Positions 21,491 to 31,761 of a stretch of 64,000 bases of DNA are shown piece by piece. Within the stretch, counting starts at the first letter, position 1. Every line of letters begins with the position of its first letter. Source of the stretch: Smithellaceae bacterium (GTDB lineage Bacteria; Desulfobacterota; Syntrophia; Syntrophales; Smithellaceae). The notes under the pieces were generated by a model. It was given only the letters and a program-made list of their open reading frames with translations, did not search any database and had not been told where the DNA came from. Location of the stretch: the NCBI GenBank assembly GCA_963667845.2, contig CAXXVL010000002.1, positions 480,001 through 544,000 of the forward strand. Reading direction: 5' to 3'. A program made the translations under genes and the position numbers.

Positions 21491-22285
21491 ATGGGACGAA
21501 TAGGAAAAAAATTTGAAGAGCTGCACGGTAAAAACGAAAAGGCGCTGATCGTCTATTTAACAGCGGGCGATCCGTCGCTGGATACAACCAAAACATTGGC
21601 CCTCGCGCTTGAGCAGGCCGGCGCGGATATTCTGGAAATCGGCGTTCCTTTTTCCGATCCGACCGCCGACGGTCCGGTCATTCAGGCGGCATCCCAGCGC
21701 GCGCTGAAAACGGGAACAACGCTTACGGGCGTCCTCCGGATGGTCGCCGACATTCGCCGGATATCGCAAATTCCCATCGTCCTTTTCGGCTACTTTAATC
21801 CCATCTTCGCCTACGGCGTAGAAAAATTTTCCGCAAGCGCAAGCGAAGCGGGGGTGGACGGCGTGCTGGTGGTCGATCTGCCGCCGGAGGAGGCGCAGGA
21901 GCTGCGGGTTCATACCGACAGGGCCGGGCTAGACTTTATTTCGCTTGTCGCGCCGACGACAGGCCGTGACCGTTTAAAGACGATTCTGACGAGCGCCACG
22001 GGGTTCCTCTATTATATTTCCATCACCGGCGTCACCGGAACGGCCGCGCCGAACATCGGAGACATCGCGCGCGAAGTCGGCATAATCCGTAAACTCACCA
22101 AAATGCCGATTGCGGTCGGCTTCGGCATTTCCAACGCGGCCCAGGCCAGAGAAATCGCGACCGTTGCCGACGGCATCGTCATCGGCAGTGCAGCAGTGAA
22201 ATTGATTGATGAAAATCGCGATAACGATGATCTGTTAAGTGTTGTTTCCGGCTACATGGCCGAAATCAAGAAAGCACTTCGGTAA
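21491..22285 (+). CDS. trpA: Tryptophan synthase alpha chain
   Basis: LEIGVPFSDPTADGPVIQ, VDLPPEE, GVTG, GFGI; start at ATG 21491 after GAGG. Confidence 0.97.
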   Translation: MGRIGKKFEELHGKNEKALIVYLTAGDPSLDTTKTLALALEQAGADILEIGVPFSDPTADGPVIQAASQRALKTGTTLTGVLRMVADIRRISQIPIVLFGYFNPIFAYGVEKFSASASEAGVDGVLVVDLPPEEAQELRVHTDRAGLDFISLVAPTTGRDRLKTILTSATGFLYYISITGVTGTAAPNIGDIAREVGIIRKLTKMPIAVGFGISNAAQAREIATVADGIVIGSAAVKLIDENRDNDDLLSVVSGYMAEIKKALR

Positions 22286-22717
22286 GTTACAGCGTCGCCG
22301 GAAGAACTATTCCTCCTTTGCACCTTCCTTACCCGTCTGCTGAAGGCTGTGTGGCGCATCGTTTTAACTGTTTCTGCGCCGGCGGTGCGGCAGGTTGCTG
22401 CGTTGGGGGCCGGATTGGCGGGCTCTGCGGGCTTTCCACCTTCGGCCGCTTTCTGCATTTCTTCAACGTCTTTAATCATACCCGACCCTGAGAAGTCCCG
22501 ATCTTCTTGGAGCCGCTCTTCCCCGATTCATTGCTTCAATCCTTGAGCCTTCGGAACATCAAATCTCGCTCGGGAGGCCATGCAATAATCCCATCGTCCA
22601 TGTCCTAGTCCGCAGATTCGTTTGAGGCCCATTGAAGCCTTTCGTCCTGCTGGCTGCCCGCCCTTTAGCAGGTCACCCGCAGGAACAGATCGGCTTCGTA
22701 TCATGGGAGTGGCCTGC

Positions 22718-23521
22718 TTACGGAGACACCGAGTGCGCCGCTACATCCTCAGTGCCGGGCAGGGTTCCGTCTTTTGCGAGACTTTCCGCCACGCCCTTAT
22801 CTCCGTCGCCGTATGCTACTTTTTTACCGGCAAGACTCTTTGCATCTTCCGCCTTCGGTTCTTCGCCGAGTTTCCACAGGACGTTTTCCACGTCTTTGTC
22901 GCAGACCCTGTCTTTCCCGGAAAATTCTTTATTTGGGTCTTCCATGACCTTATCCATCAATTTCTTTTCTTCGCATTCGTCCATAACGACCTCCTTCGCT
23001 GCGCTCGCCGCCAATATCGTTGTTAAACATCTTTCCAACTTGTTCAGGCTCGACTTCCAGCCTTCTTTCATCCCGCTTTTCTGCAGGGCGTCCATCTGTT
23101 CTTTCCGGGCGGGTTCAGGATAAATAATCGAAAGCAAGGTTCCGCCTCCCGGGGTTTCTTCAAAAAGGACGGTGGCCGTCATGACCTTCGGGAAATCGGC
23201 GTCCTGCCCGTAATCGGCGGGCTCCATCATGTTGCCCTGCTCGTCGGAAAAATAGTCGGTCACGACCATTTTTTTATTGGGCACGATTTCCTTGTAGATT
23301 CCGGCGCTGTACATGTCTTTATCCCATTCGGAGCCCGCCGGCCCATGCATGGCAAAGACATATTTTCCGCCGACCTTTAAATCCACTTTGATACTGGGCG
23401 CGCTGAACCCTTCGGGCCCCCACCAATGCTTGATGATGCGCGGTTCCGTCCAGGCCCGCCAAACAAGCTCGGGAGGTGCATCAAACAATCTCTCTATCGC
23501 AATTCCTTTTTCATTTTTCAT
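22718..23521 (-). CDS. SRPBCC/AHA1 domain protein with an unrelated C-terminal tail
   Basis: IERLFDAPPELVWRAWTEP...WWGP...GMKEGWKSSLNKL, then about 100 extra charged residues. Confidence 0.8.
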   Translation of the reverse strand: MKNEKGIAIERLFDAPPELVWRAWTEPRIIKHWWGPEGFSAPSIKVDLKVGGKYVFAMHGPAGSEWDKDMYSAGIYKEIVPNKKMVVTDYFSDEQGNMMEPADYGQDADFPKVMTATVLFEETPGGGTLLSIIYPEPARKEQMDALQKSGMKEGWKSSLNKLERCLTTILAASAAKEVVMDECEEKKLMDKVMEDPNKEFSGKDRVCDKDVENVLWKLGEEPKAEDAKSLAGKKVAYGDGDKGVAESLAKDGTLPGTEDVAAHSVSP

Positions 23522-23880
23522 CCTGGCTACCTCTCATGATCAAATGGCTTTTGCGTTTTTTACGGCGCATCGGGATTTGCCTTCTCCGGAATAAAGATGG
23601 ATATGATCGTGATTAAAAACAATGGTGGAAAAAGGTGAGGATACTGGTGGGGTAAAACCATCGGTGGCCCGGACGGAAGAAGCCAAACGGCGGCACTTAG
23701 CTCGCATCTTCCGGAATGCCACGAAATGCGGACTACGCCGGTAGTCCCCGAAAGGCAATTAATGACAGCGATTGATCTGGCAAATTAGATACGGACAGCT
23801 TATCGATTATATTATTGCAATCAGTGAACATTACTCTGAAGTTAATAAGCTAACAGCGTTGTTCTACCCCTTGCCGCGGT

Positions 23881-24084
23881 TTATTCTACGATCACAATCA
23901 GAAATAAGAGGCCCAAACCAAAAGAAATTAACGCAAAGATGGCCAAACATTTATCCACATTGTCTACATCTTCGTTCATTTTCGGCGAAAGCAGTGTTAC
24001 AAATATTCGCTTTTTTCTAAGATTAATTGCAGCTAAAGATAAACCTGCCAAAAGCATGAATATTAACCCTGTAGTATGCATCAT
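23881..24084 (-). CDS. Small hypothetical membrane protein
   Basis: 67 aa, two hydrophobic segments, GGAAGGTGA RBS, AT-rich. Confidence 0.55.
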   Translation of the reverse strand: MMHTTGLIFMLLAGLSLAAINLRKKRIFVTLLSPKMNEDVDNVDKCLAIFALISFGLGLLFLIVIVE

Positions 24085-24290
24085 AATTCTTCACCTTCCA
24101 ATAAGCTCCAAAAAGTTACCGAATTAGTGAGCCAGTACAACGGTTCTATTTTCATTTAACCCTCAACGAAATAATCGGAACCATCCCCCTTTTATTCATA
24201 ATCTACCTAATCGTAGTCCAGCAAAAAAAGACGCGAGAACTCAGGACCATTGTCATAGAAAAGAAACACCGACCCGCGGATGACCCGTTT

Positions 24291-24611
24291 CTACATGACC
24301 TGAAGCTTGTCTGGGGCAAAGCCGACCACTTTTATCGACGATCCGTTGGGTATGCTGTAATTGAAGATCACGGGCACCTCGAATTCTCCAAACTTTCCCG
24401 TTCCGGATGTCAGAAGCACGCCCTGATCTCCCTCATTGATTTTGCAGTAGCTATCCAGAAACGGCAAAACGATGACCGCGCCGGGCCCTTTGAGCCCCGC
24501 AAAATGTCTGCGCCGAAAAAGCGCGAGTCTCTGCCTTTCAGGTACCACGCGAATGCTGACGGCCAGAAACAGCATGACGACAATAACGAATATTGTTTCA
24601 ACGATATCCAT
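24291..24611 (-). CDS. Small membrane protein with SPFH/Band-7-like N-terminus
   Basis: TM followed by SIRVVPERQRLALFR...GLKGPG..IVLPFLD. Confidence 0.6.
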   Translation of the reverse strand: MDIVETIFVIVVMLFLAVSIRVVPERQRLALFRRRHFAGLKGPGAVIVLPFLDSYCKINEGDQGVLLTSGTGKFGEFEVPVIFNYSIPNGSSIKVVGFAPDKLQVM

Positions 24612-24822
24612 TTTTAATCCCTTTCCCGCAGACGGCATGTCGCATTAACTTATCAGCGCCCGGCCGAATCACCGTCTGCCGCTTTCCTATTTATTTCAAT
24701 TTTTTGAGAGCCAGGCCATGTTTTGGTGTTGCGATACGAATATTACAGCTTCTTAAAAACAACGCAAGAAAAAAGAGGAGAAGGTCCAAAGCCCCATTCA
24801 CACTCCGCGTGATTGTGTCCTC

Positions 24823-25332
24823 TCAATCACCGGATCTTTTTACTTTCGCAAAAGCGTTAACAAACCACCGGAAATTTTTTGTTACATGGATAACCAGATA
24901 TGCAAATAAGAGGAATGTAATTTTGTCGTGAACCTCAACAAAGATCTTGCGCGTCGGGTCTAATCCCCCCAGAAGCTTCATAAGCCAGGGTATGTATCCT
25001 GTTACGCCCACTATCATAAAAATGATCGTCAGGGTGATGACAAGTTTATTGCGGGCCAGCAGCTTTTTAGTTATAACCGTCTTGTACCATTCCCAATGCA
25101 GGACAATATGGACAATGATCAAAAGAGAGGCAATGACGATGCTGATTTTATGGCTATTTGACCATCCTGAATAATATATCCCTAAAACCGGATAATTTTC
25201 ATCAATACTTCCACCATGCCCCATGTGATAACCGAACTGCATGATAAACCCCGATAATGCCATGCCCATACCGGACAGGAGCAATCCGAGATTCGTAACC
25301 AGGTTCAATTTCAGACGCCTTTTCTTTTGCAT
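24823..25332 (-). CDS. DUF4405-like cytochrome b-type membrane protein
   Basis: Four TMs with repeated His patterns (SHK...VHIVLHW; VHD...IH). Confidence 0.7.
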   Translation of the reverse strand: MQKKRRLKLNLVTNLGLLLSGMGMALSGFIMQFGYHMGHGGSIDENYPVLGIYYSGWSNSHKISIVIASLLIIVHIVLHWEWYKTVITKKLLARNKLVITLTIIFMIVGVTGYIPWLMKLLGGLDPTRKIFVEVHDKITFLLFAYLVIHVTKNFRWFVNAFAKVKRSGD

Positions 25333-25374
25333 AATACCTTTCTGTTCAGGATCACGCGGATCTATATATTTTGA

Positions 25375-27195
25375 TTACTTCAGGATGACTTCCATCCTGC
25401 ATTGTTGGCAGTCAAATTCGAGGCGATAGGTGTGATGGGCGTCGCTTAGCGTGAGAGGCTCACGAATGCTGCGTTTCTGATGCTGCAATTTGGGGCAGAG
25501 GTCCAGTTGATGCCGGATGCAGTAGCGTGTAGTCATGACTGTCTTGCCGGCAATATCGGAGAGGGTTTCAAAAGCCGGCTCCGTGACGGTTGCGCCGTGG
25601 CGTTCATAGAAGCGCCGGGCCAGAGCATTCAGCACGTTGGCGTGAAAGTCGAGACGCTTTTCCGGATAGGGAAAATCGTTTTGCACAATTTGCTTCTCCC
25701 GGCGGGGATAAGCTTCGAGCCTGACTCGGGTCAGCGCTTCCAGGATATCCCGCCGGATGCCGTTGAGCGTACTTGCAGGAAGGAAGCCCGGCTCGCGGGG
25801 CGCAATCGTCAATCCGCTGACCCGGTATGGCGTGTTGCCGGTGCTGGTCAGTTGCTTCTCAATTTGACCTCTGGCTTTAACGGGGTCACGCGATGGCGAA
25901 AGTGAAACCTCTTTCACCCGAGCGGCCCGGTTGCCGTCTTCGTCTGTCACCGTAAGCCTGATGAACCTGTCCTCCTGCGCGAAATCCAGGCTGACGGCAA
26001 TGCGGCGGCTGGCCGACGGCTTCTTCAGAATGCGGGCAAGGGCCGCGTCAAAGTTGCGGTACAGGAGCTTGCCGATCGCCAGCCCCGCCATGCTGTTGGG
26101 GTAGATCCGGCCCTTCTCTATCCGGTTGACGCGGAATCCGGCCAAATCATTTTCCTTCGTGAAGAAGCAGAGCCCGTCACCGTTTTGCAGATCGGGCCTG
26201 TCAATCTGGAAATAATTTTCTCCCACGGCAGTAATTTTCCCCAGGCGCTGGCCAATGGATTTTTGCGTGTCGACGGAGGCGATTTTTTCGGGCTTGCCGG
26301 AAAGAAAATATTGGATATAACCGCGGTTGAAGGTCCTGTCGACATCGGGCCCGAAAGTGAACGTGCTTGTGCCGGAGCTGCTCCTCCGATAACCGGGATG
26401 CGCGCTGATAAAGCAGTCGATCGCCTGACGATAGGCAGCCGTGACATTTTTCACGTAGTCGATCCCCTTATACCGCCCTTCGATTTTGAAGGAACTGACG
26501 CCTGAGGCAATCAAATCCGGAATGGCCTCCATCCGGTTCATATCTTTGAGCGACAGGAGATATTTGTTTTGCGAGATGATGCTGCCGTCGCCATCCGTCA
26601 GCATGTAATGAGACCGGCAGGGCTGGGCACAGACGCCGCGGTTGCCGCTGCGGTTTGCTACGGCCTGGCTCATATAGCATTGTCCGCTGTAGGAAACACA
26701 AAGCGAACCGTGCACAAAAGCTTCCAGCTCTATTTTCGTCTGCCGGCGAATGTCCGCAATCTCGGCAAGCGAAAGCTCCCTCGCCAGGATCACCCGCTGA
26801 AAGCCCGCGGCCTCAAGAAACCGGACTCTTTCCGGCGTGCAGTTGTGCATCTGAGTGCTGGCAATGAGCGGAATCGGCGGGAGGTCGAGTTCCAGCAAAC
26901 CCACATCCTGGATGATCAGGCCGTCGGCGCCCAGCCGATAAATCTCCCGGATGATATCCAGCGACTCGGCGATTTCACCGTCTGTCAGGATGGTATTGAG
27001 CGCTACGTAGACTTTGGCATAATAGAGGTGCGCATGCCCAATAAGGCGGGCCATGTCGGCGACGCTCACCCCTGCCGCGGCGCGGGCGGAAAATTTCGGG
27101 GCGCCGATATACACGGCATCCGCGCCATGATCGATGGCAGCCATCCCGATATCGGCATCGCCCGCGGGGGCCAGCAATTCCAGCGGCGTGACCAT
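25375..27195 (-). CDS. U32 family protein, long RlhA-type (rRNA hydroxylation)
   Basis: ELLAPAG, ASTQ, LARELS, FVHGSLCVSYSGQC, RSGNRGVCAQPCR, KIEGR, DUF3656-like C-terminus. Confidence 0.88.
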   Translation of the reverse strand: MVTPLELLAPAGDADIGMAAIDHGADAVYIGAPKFSARAAAGVSVADMARLIGHAHLYYAKVYVALNTILTDGEIAESLDIIREIYRLGADGLIIQDVGLLELDLPPIPLIASTQMHNCTPERVRFLEAAGFQRVILARELSLAEIADIRRQTKIELEAFVHGSLCVSYSGQCYMSQAVANRSGNRGVCAQPCRSHYMLTDGDGSIISQNKYLLSLKDMNRMEAIPDLIASGVSSFKIEGRYKGIDYVKNVTAAYRQAIDCFISAHPGYRRSSSGTSTFTFGPDVDRTFNRGYIQYFLSGKPEKIASVDTQKSIGQRLGKITAVGENYFQIDRPDLQNGDGLCFFTKENDLAGFRVNRIEKGRIYPNSMAGLAIGKLLYRNFDAALARILKKPSASRRIAVSLDFAQEDRFIRLTVTDEDGNRAARVKEVSLSPSRDPVKARGQIEKQLTSTGNTPYRVSGLTIAPREPGFLPASTLNGIRRDILEALTRVRLEAYPRREKQIVQNDFPYPEKRLDFHANVLNALARRFYERHGATVTEPAFETLSDIAGKTVMTTRYCIRHQLDLCPKLQHQKRSIREPLTLSDAHHTYRLEFDCQQCRMEVILK

Positions 27196-27222
27196 TTACA
27201 TACTCCTCAAAAGCATAAGCGG

Positions 27223-27294
27223 GTCATTGCAGGCAGCGCGAAGCAATCTCATCATTTCGAATTGCCGCGCCGACTGACGTCTGTCCGCAATGGC
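27223..27294. repeat. Palindromic repeat family C, short copy
   Basis: gtcattgc...gaagcaatct...gcaatggc with terminal inverted repeats. Confidence 0.55.
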
Positions 27295-27337
27295 AAATGT
27301 ATTTTTTCATAATTAACGCTGATGCGCAACACCGAAG

Positions 27338-27787
27338 TCAATCGCTTCCGGAAGAGCCGGCAGTTGCGCGGGCTGTCTTTTGAAGAAATTCTTCGATAAT
27401 GGCTTTGGCTTCATCCACGGTTGCATAGGCGGCTGTCTGAATCCCGGGGCTTCCGGCAATCATGGCGGACAGGAACCGGCCGGGCACTATTCGGTAAAGG
27501 CATAGGACGGGCTTCGCAAGCACTGTGGCCCAGGCCAGTTCATAACCCACTCCCAGTGAAGGCGTCGTTACTTCGGCCACCACGCAGTCGCACGACTTAA
27601 GCCAGGCCATGTCCCGGTCGTGGATGAACCGATCGCCCGGACCGTCGTCGCCTTTGACCGAGAGCGTGCGGTTGCCGACATGCTCGGTCAACACGTCCCC
27701 GAAAGAGCGCAACCACGCAATCATTGCTTCGTAGAGCGCGGCGTCCTCGCGTCCCGCACGGATCGATCCGGCAAAATAGATTTTCAT
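27338..27787 (-). CDS. Nucleoside 2-deoxyribosyltransferase / DNPH1(Rcl)-like N-hydrolase
   Basis: MKIYFAGSIRAGRED, VLTEHV, IHDRDMAWL, AEVTTPSLGVGYE, SAMIAG. Confidence 0.88.
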   Translation of the reverse strand: MKIYFAGSIRAGREDAALYEAMIAWLRSFGDVLTEHVGNRTLSVKGDDGPGDRFIHDRDMAWLKSCDCVVAEVTTPSLGVGYELAWATVLAKPVLCLYRIVPGRFLSAMIAGSPGIQTAAYATVDEAKAIIEEFLQKTARATAGSSGSD

Positions 27788-27841
27788 GGAGTCCTCATGC
27801 TTCACCAAGGAGAAATGGCGAGACCCTGTTCATTCGATGGG

Positions 27842-29326
27842 TCACCATTTTTTCTTCTTTATCAATCCTGCCAACGGCAGAGCTATCATGACCACGCAAA
27901 CGATCAGCGCTACGAGCGCGATGGGGCGTTCCACAAAAATGGAAAAATCTCCCTGCGACATGAGCAGTGAACGACGCAGATTGACCTCGAACATGGGTCC
28001 GAGCACAAAACCCAGAATCAGTGGTGCTGCTTCGTAGTCGAATTTTTTCAGCAGATAACCCATCACGCCGAAAAGAACCATCACGCCGACATCAAAAACG
28101 CTGTTGTTGATACTGAACGCACCAACCAGACAAAAAAGGATAATGAGCGGATAGAGAACCTTGTCCGGAATCCGCAGAATCTGCACCCACAAAGGAATGA
28201 GAGGAAGATTCAAAATCAGCAGGATGACGTTGCCCAGATACATGCTGGCCAGCACTCCCCAGAATATTTCCGGATGCTGCGTGATCATCATGGGGCCCGG
28301 CGTTACACCGTGGACGAGAAATGCGCCGAACAATACGGCCAGCACGACATTGGGCGGGATCCCCAGGGTCATAAGCGGGATGAAAGACGTAGATGCGGCA
28401 GCGTTGTTGGCGGATTCCGGCGCCGCCACGCCTTCAATTGCTCCCTTTCCGAATTGCTCCGGATGTTTCGACACTCTCTTTTCGACGCCATAGGAAATAA
28501 AGGTGGAGAGCACGGGACCGCCGCCCGGTAAAATACCCAGGAAAAAACCAATCAAGGTGCCGCGCACAATCGCCCATTTGGCCCGGAGCCACTGGCTCTT
28601 GTCCGGAAACATATTTTTGATTTTGACGTCAAGAATTTTAGCCGATGCATGCTTTTCGAGATTGCCCAGCACTTCAGCCAGTCCAAACAAGCCGATGGCC
28701 ACCGGCGCTACGCCCAGTCCTTCGAATAAATTAATATTGCCGAATGTGAACCGCTGCTGTGACGTGATGGGATCAAGTCCGATCAGGCTAAGCGTGATGC
28801 CGGAAAGCGCCATCAGCAGCGCCTTGATCATCGACTTTCCGGCAAGATACACGATAAACGTAAAACCGAGCAGAATAATCGCGAAGTATTCCGGCGGACC
28901 GAATTTCAAGGCCAGATTGGAAAGCGGCCCGGCAATCAGCTGCAATCCGATCAGTCCCACCGTACCGGCGATAAACGATCCGAAGACGGCAATGCCCAGG
29001 GCCGCCCCCGCCTGTCCATTTTGTGCCATCGCGTAGCCGTCCAGACAGGTGATGACGGACGCCGTTTCTCCCGGCACATTGATCAAAATGGAGGTGGTCG
29101 ATCCGCCATACATGGCGCCGTTGTATATTCCCGCGAGCATAATGATCGCGCTCGCGGTCGGCAGCTGAAACGTCAACGGCAGTAAAATGGATATCGCGCC
29201 GACCGGACCGATCCCGGGAAGAACACCGACCAGTGTTCCCAGGAGGCAGCCGGCAAACATAAGCAATAGGTTATGAAATTCGAAGGCAACAGACAGTCCA
29301 TAGAATAAGCCGTTTAACGCGTCCAA
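27842..29326 (-). CDS. tctA: Tripartite tricarboxylate transporter large permease
   Basis: GVLPGIG, YGGSTTSILINVPGE, GVAAPESANNA, LGIP. Confidence 0.93.
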   Translation of the reverse strand: MDALNGLFYGLSVAFEFHNLLLMFAGCLLGTLVGVLPGIGPVGAISILLPLTFQLPTASAIIMLAGIYNGAMYGGSTTSILINVPGETASVITCLDGYAMAQNGQAGAALGIAVFGSFIAGTVGLIGLQLIAGPLSNLALKFGPPEYFAIILLGFTFIVYLAGKSMIKALLMALSGITLSLIGLDPITSQQRFTFGNINLFEGLGVAPVAIGLFGLAEVLGNLEKHASAKILDVKIKNMFPDKSQWLRAKWAIVRGTLIGFFLGILPGGGPVLSTFISYGVEKRVSKHPEQFGKGAIEGVAAPESANNAAASTSFIPLMTLGIPPNVVLAVLFGAFLVHGVTPGPMMITQHPEIFWGVLASMYLGNVILLILNLPLIPLWVQILRIPDKVLYPLIILFCLVGAFSINNSVFDVGVMVLFGVMGYLLKKFDYEAAPLILGFVLGPMFEVNLRRSLLMSQGDFSIFVERPIALVALIVCVVMIALPLAGLIKKKKW

Positions 29327-29354
29327 ATCATATGACTCCGTTTACAAAAAAAGA

Positions 29355-29834
29355 TTAAAAACTCCAGATGCCTTTTGGCAGCGGCGTTTTAAGGATCAAA
29401 GAAAACAAACCATAACTGAGGCCGACCGCCAGCACAGCGCCGACAACAGCCCTCCAGGCTTTCATGGAAGTCAGGCGAAACAAAACAATCATCAAAACAC
29501 TGGTGGCAATCAGATAACCGGCCCGGGGCAGCAGGAAGATATACACGACTAGAAATGCCGCAGCCAGAACGCTTTTTTGCCAGTGGAGCTTATGCCACAA
29601 ATCCGCCCAGCGCACCTTGATCGATCTGTCTTGATAAGCCATGCCGAAGAGGATCAGGCTGAAGGCAAGCATAAGCAGGCTGATCCAGAAGGGCATAAAA
29701 CCGGACTGGGGATTGCTCGCAGAACCGATCCCCAGGCCCAGCGATGCCATCAGGACAAGAGCCGCCAGCAGAAAAAGAATCAGGCTGCTGATCATGTTGC
29801 GTTGGTCCACTTTGCATATTCCTTGGGCCGTCAT
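29355..29834 (-). CDS. tctB: Tripartite tricarboxylate transporter small permease
   Basis: Four TMs, P.SGFMP, C-terminal LKTPLPKG; lies between tctC and tctA. Confidence 0.88.
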   Translation of the reverse strand: MTAQGICKVDQRNMISSLILFLLAALVLMASLGLGIGSASNPQSGFMPFWISLLMLAFSLILFGMAYQDRSIKVRWADLWHKLHWQKSVLAAAFLVVYIFLLPRAGYLIATSVLMIVLFRLTSMKAWRAVVGAVLAVGLSYGLFSLILKTPLPKGIWSF

Positions 29835-29845
29835 GCCCCGCGAGA

Positions 29846-30838
29846 TTATTCCGGCAGGGTTGCCGCTTCTTTGATGGCGCCGGTTGCTTTTAAATGTTTG
29901 TTAATGACTTTCCAGTGGTATCTCAAAAATGCATCAAACGCTTTGCTGTCATAATAGACAGGGATCATGTTGATTTTATCGAGCGCAGCAAGATACTCCT
30001 TATTTTTTGCGGCCGCCGCGAAAGCCTCCCCGAGCTTTTTGGCGATGGCGGGATCGATATCGGAGGGGGCGACAATGGCAAAGACCGCGTCATTGGCAAA
30101 ATTGTAGCCCAGTTCTTTCAGTGTGGGTACGTCTGGAAATTTCGGCGACCTTTTCTCGCTGATAACGGCAAGCAGTCTGGTCTGGCCCGCTTTAACGGAC
30201 GGGACGAGCTCCGAAGTGAGGGAGGCAAACTCCACATGACCGCCCATCACCGCTGTCAGCGCCTCCATGCTTCCTTTATACGGAACGTGGGTGATCTGCA
30301 ATTTGGCTTTGCCGGCAATTTCTTCCACCGCAGCATGCGTGGTGCTGCCTACACCGGTCGTTGCATATTTGATTTTGCCCGGATGTTTCGCGGCATCCGC
30401 CACCAGGTCTTTGAGCGTCTTCCAGGGCGCGTCGTTTTTGACAACGATACCCAACTGCGGTTCCGTAAAACCGATAATGGGACGGAAACTCGCGAAAGCT
30501 TTGAACGGCACCTGCTGCTGCTGACTCACGCGGATTAAAACCGAGCTGGGCGTGCCGCAGAGCGTGTACCCGTCATGATTCTGGGAAAGCAGGGCGGCAA
30601 GCGCCACCGTCCCAGTTCCGCCGGGTTTGTTTTCGATCAGGACAGGCTGTCCCAGAATTTTCTCCGCCGATCTGGCCAGCGCGCGGGCACTCAAATCCAT
30701 GCTCCCGCCCGGGGCAAATCCAACCAGGATGGTAACGGGCCGGTCGGGATAAGCCGCGCAGGCCCCGACCGCTCCCATAAAAGAAATAATGGCGAAAAAC
30801 GCGGCCGCCGCCACGATAAACCAACTGCTTTTTTTCAT
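29846..30838 (-). CDS. tctC: Tripartite tricarboxylate transporter substrate-binding protein
   Basis: YPDRPVTILVGFAPGG, ENKPGG, HVPYKG, PDVPTLKE. Confidence 0.93.
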   Translation of the reverse strand: MKKSSWFIVAAAAFFAIISFMGAVGACAAYPDRPVTILVGFAPGGSMDLSARALARSAEKILGQPVLIENKPGGTGTVALAALLSQNHDGYTLCGTPSSVLIRVSQQQQVPFKAFASFRPIIGFTEPQLGIVVKNDAPWKTLKDLVADAAKHPGKIKYATTGVGSTTHAAVEEIAGKAKLQITHVPYKGSMEALTAVMGGHVEFASLTSELVPSVKAGQTRLLAVISEKRSPKFPDVPTLKELGYNFANDAVFAIVAPSDIDPAIAKKLGEAFAAAAKNKEYLAALDKINMIPVYYDSKAFDAFLRYHWKVINKHLKATGAIKEAATLPE

Positions 30839-30982
30839 TGAATTATCTCCCCAATAGAAATGTTTGTGCGGCCGGAAGTATAGGAATCTTCGGGGATTAA
30901 GTCAATTATTTTATCTGTGGCCCGGGTTGGTTAAACGACCCTTTATTTATTTGCTTGACAAGGAACCGGCAAACACTCTATG

Positions 30983-31005
30983 ACATTAAACCTCAACTTT
31001 AATGT
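30983..31005. promoter_or_regulatory. Putative MerR-family operator
   Basis: Perfect inverted repeat ACATTAAA-N7-TTTAATGT just upstream of the merR-like gene; TTGACA at 30955. Confidence 0.6.
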
Positions 31006-31016
31006 TTGGACGACGG

Positions 31017-31745
31017 ATGAAACTCAAAATCGGTGAAATTGCCAGGCGCAGCGGGGTCCGACCTTCGACGATCCGTTATTACGTGGGGGAGGGACTCCTG
31101 CCCAGGCCCGAAAAAACCAACGAAAAGATGGCCTATTATGACGAAGTTTGCATCGATAAACTGCGCGCCATCCAGGAACTTAAAGAAAAACGCTACTTTC
31201 CGCTCTATCTCATCAAAAATATTCTGCGGCGCATGGACGAAGGCCTCAGTCTGCCGGAAGCCGAGATGGTGGAAAATGCCGTTTTCAGTTCCAAGGACAG
31301 CATCGGCCGCGGCCTGATTACCCGGCAGGCCTTTCTGGAGACGACCGGTATGACGGAGAAAGAACTGAAAAAGGCGGAAAGATTGGGCATCTTGATACCC
31401 TACACGACCGGTGCAGATGAACCGCTCTATAACGATGACGATATCCGTGTAGGACGTGACGGCATCAAACAACTTTCCCGATTGGGTGCGGACCTCGGCG
31501 AACTGTCGTTCATGGTGGAACAGGGCAAAAAAATCGTGGAGAAAGAAATGGTGTTTCGGCATAAAATCGTAGCCGGAAAATCCACCCGCGAAAACATTCT
31601 CATCACGTCGGAACTTACACGCATCGGCAATTTTTATCGTGATTATATCCTGCGACGCCTGTTCCAGAAACAGGTGGAACAAAATATCCAGAAAAGTCTG
31701 AAAAAATCAAAAACCAAAGCCGTGAGTATTCGACGGCAAAAATGA
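31017..31745 (+). CDS. MerR family transcriptional regulator
   Basis: KIGEIARRSGVRPSTIRYYVGEGLLP HTH. Confidence 0.9.
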   Translation: MKLKIGEIARRSGVRPSTIRYYVGEGLLPRPEKTNEKMAYYDEVCIDKLRAIQELKEKRYFPLYLIKNILRRMDEGLSLPEAEMVENAVFSSKDSIGRGLITRQAFLETTGMTEKELKKAERLGILIPYTTGADEPLYNDDDIRVGRDGIKQLSRLGADLGELSFMVEQGKKIVEKEMVFRHKIVAGKSTRENILITSELTRIGNFYRDYILRRLFQKQVEQNIQKSLKKSKTKAVSIRRQK

Positions 31746-31761
31746 ACCTGAGGAGGCATTT

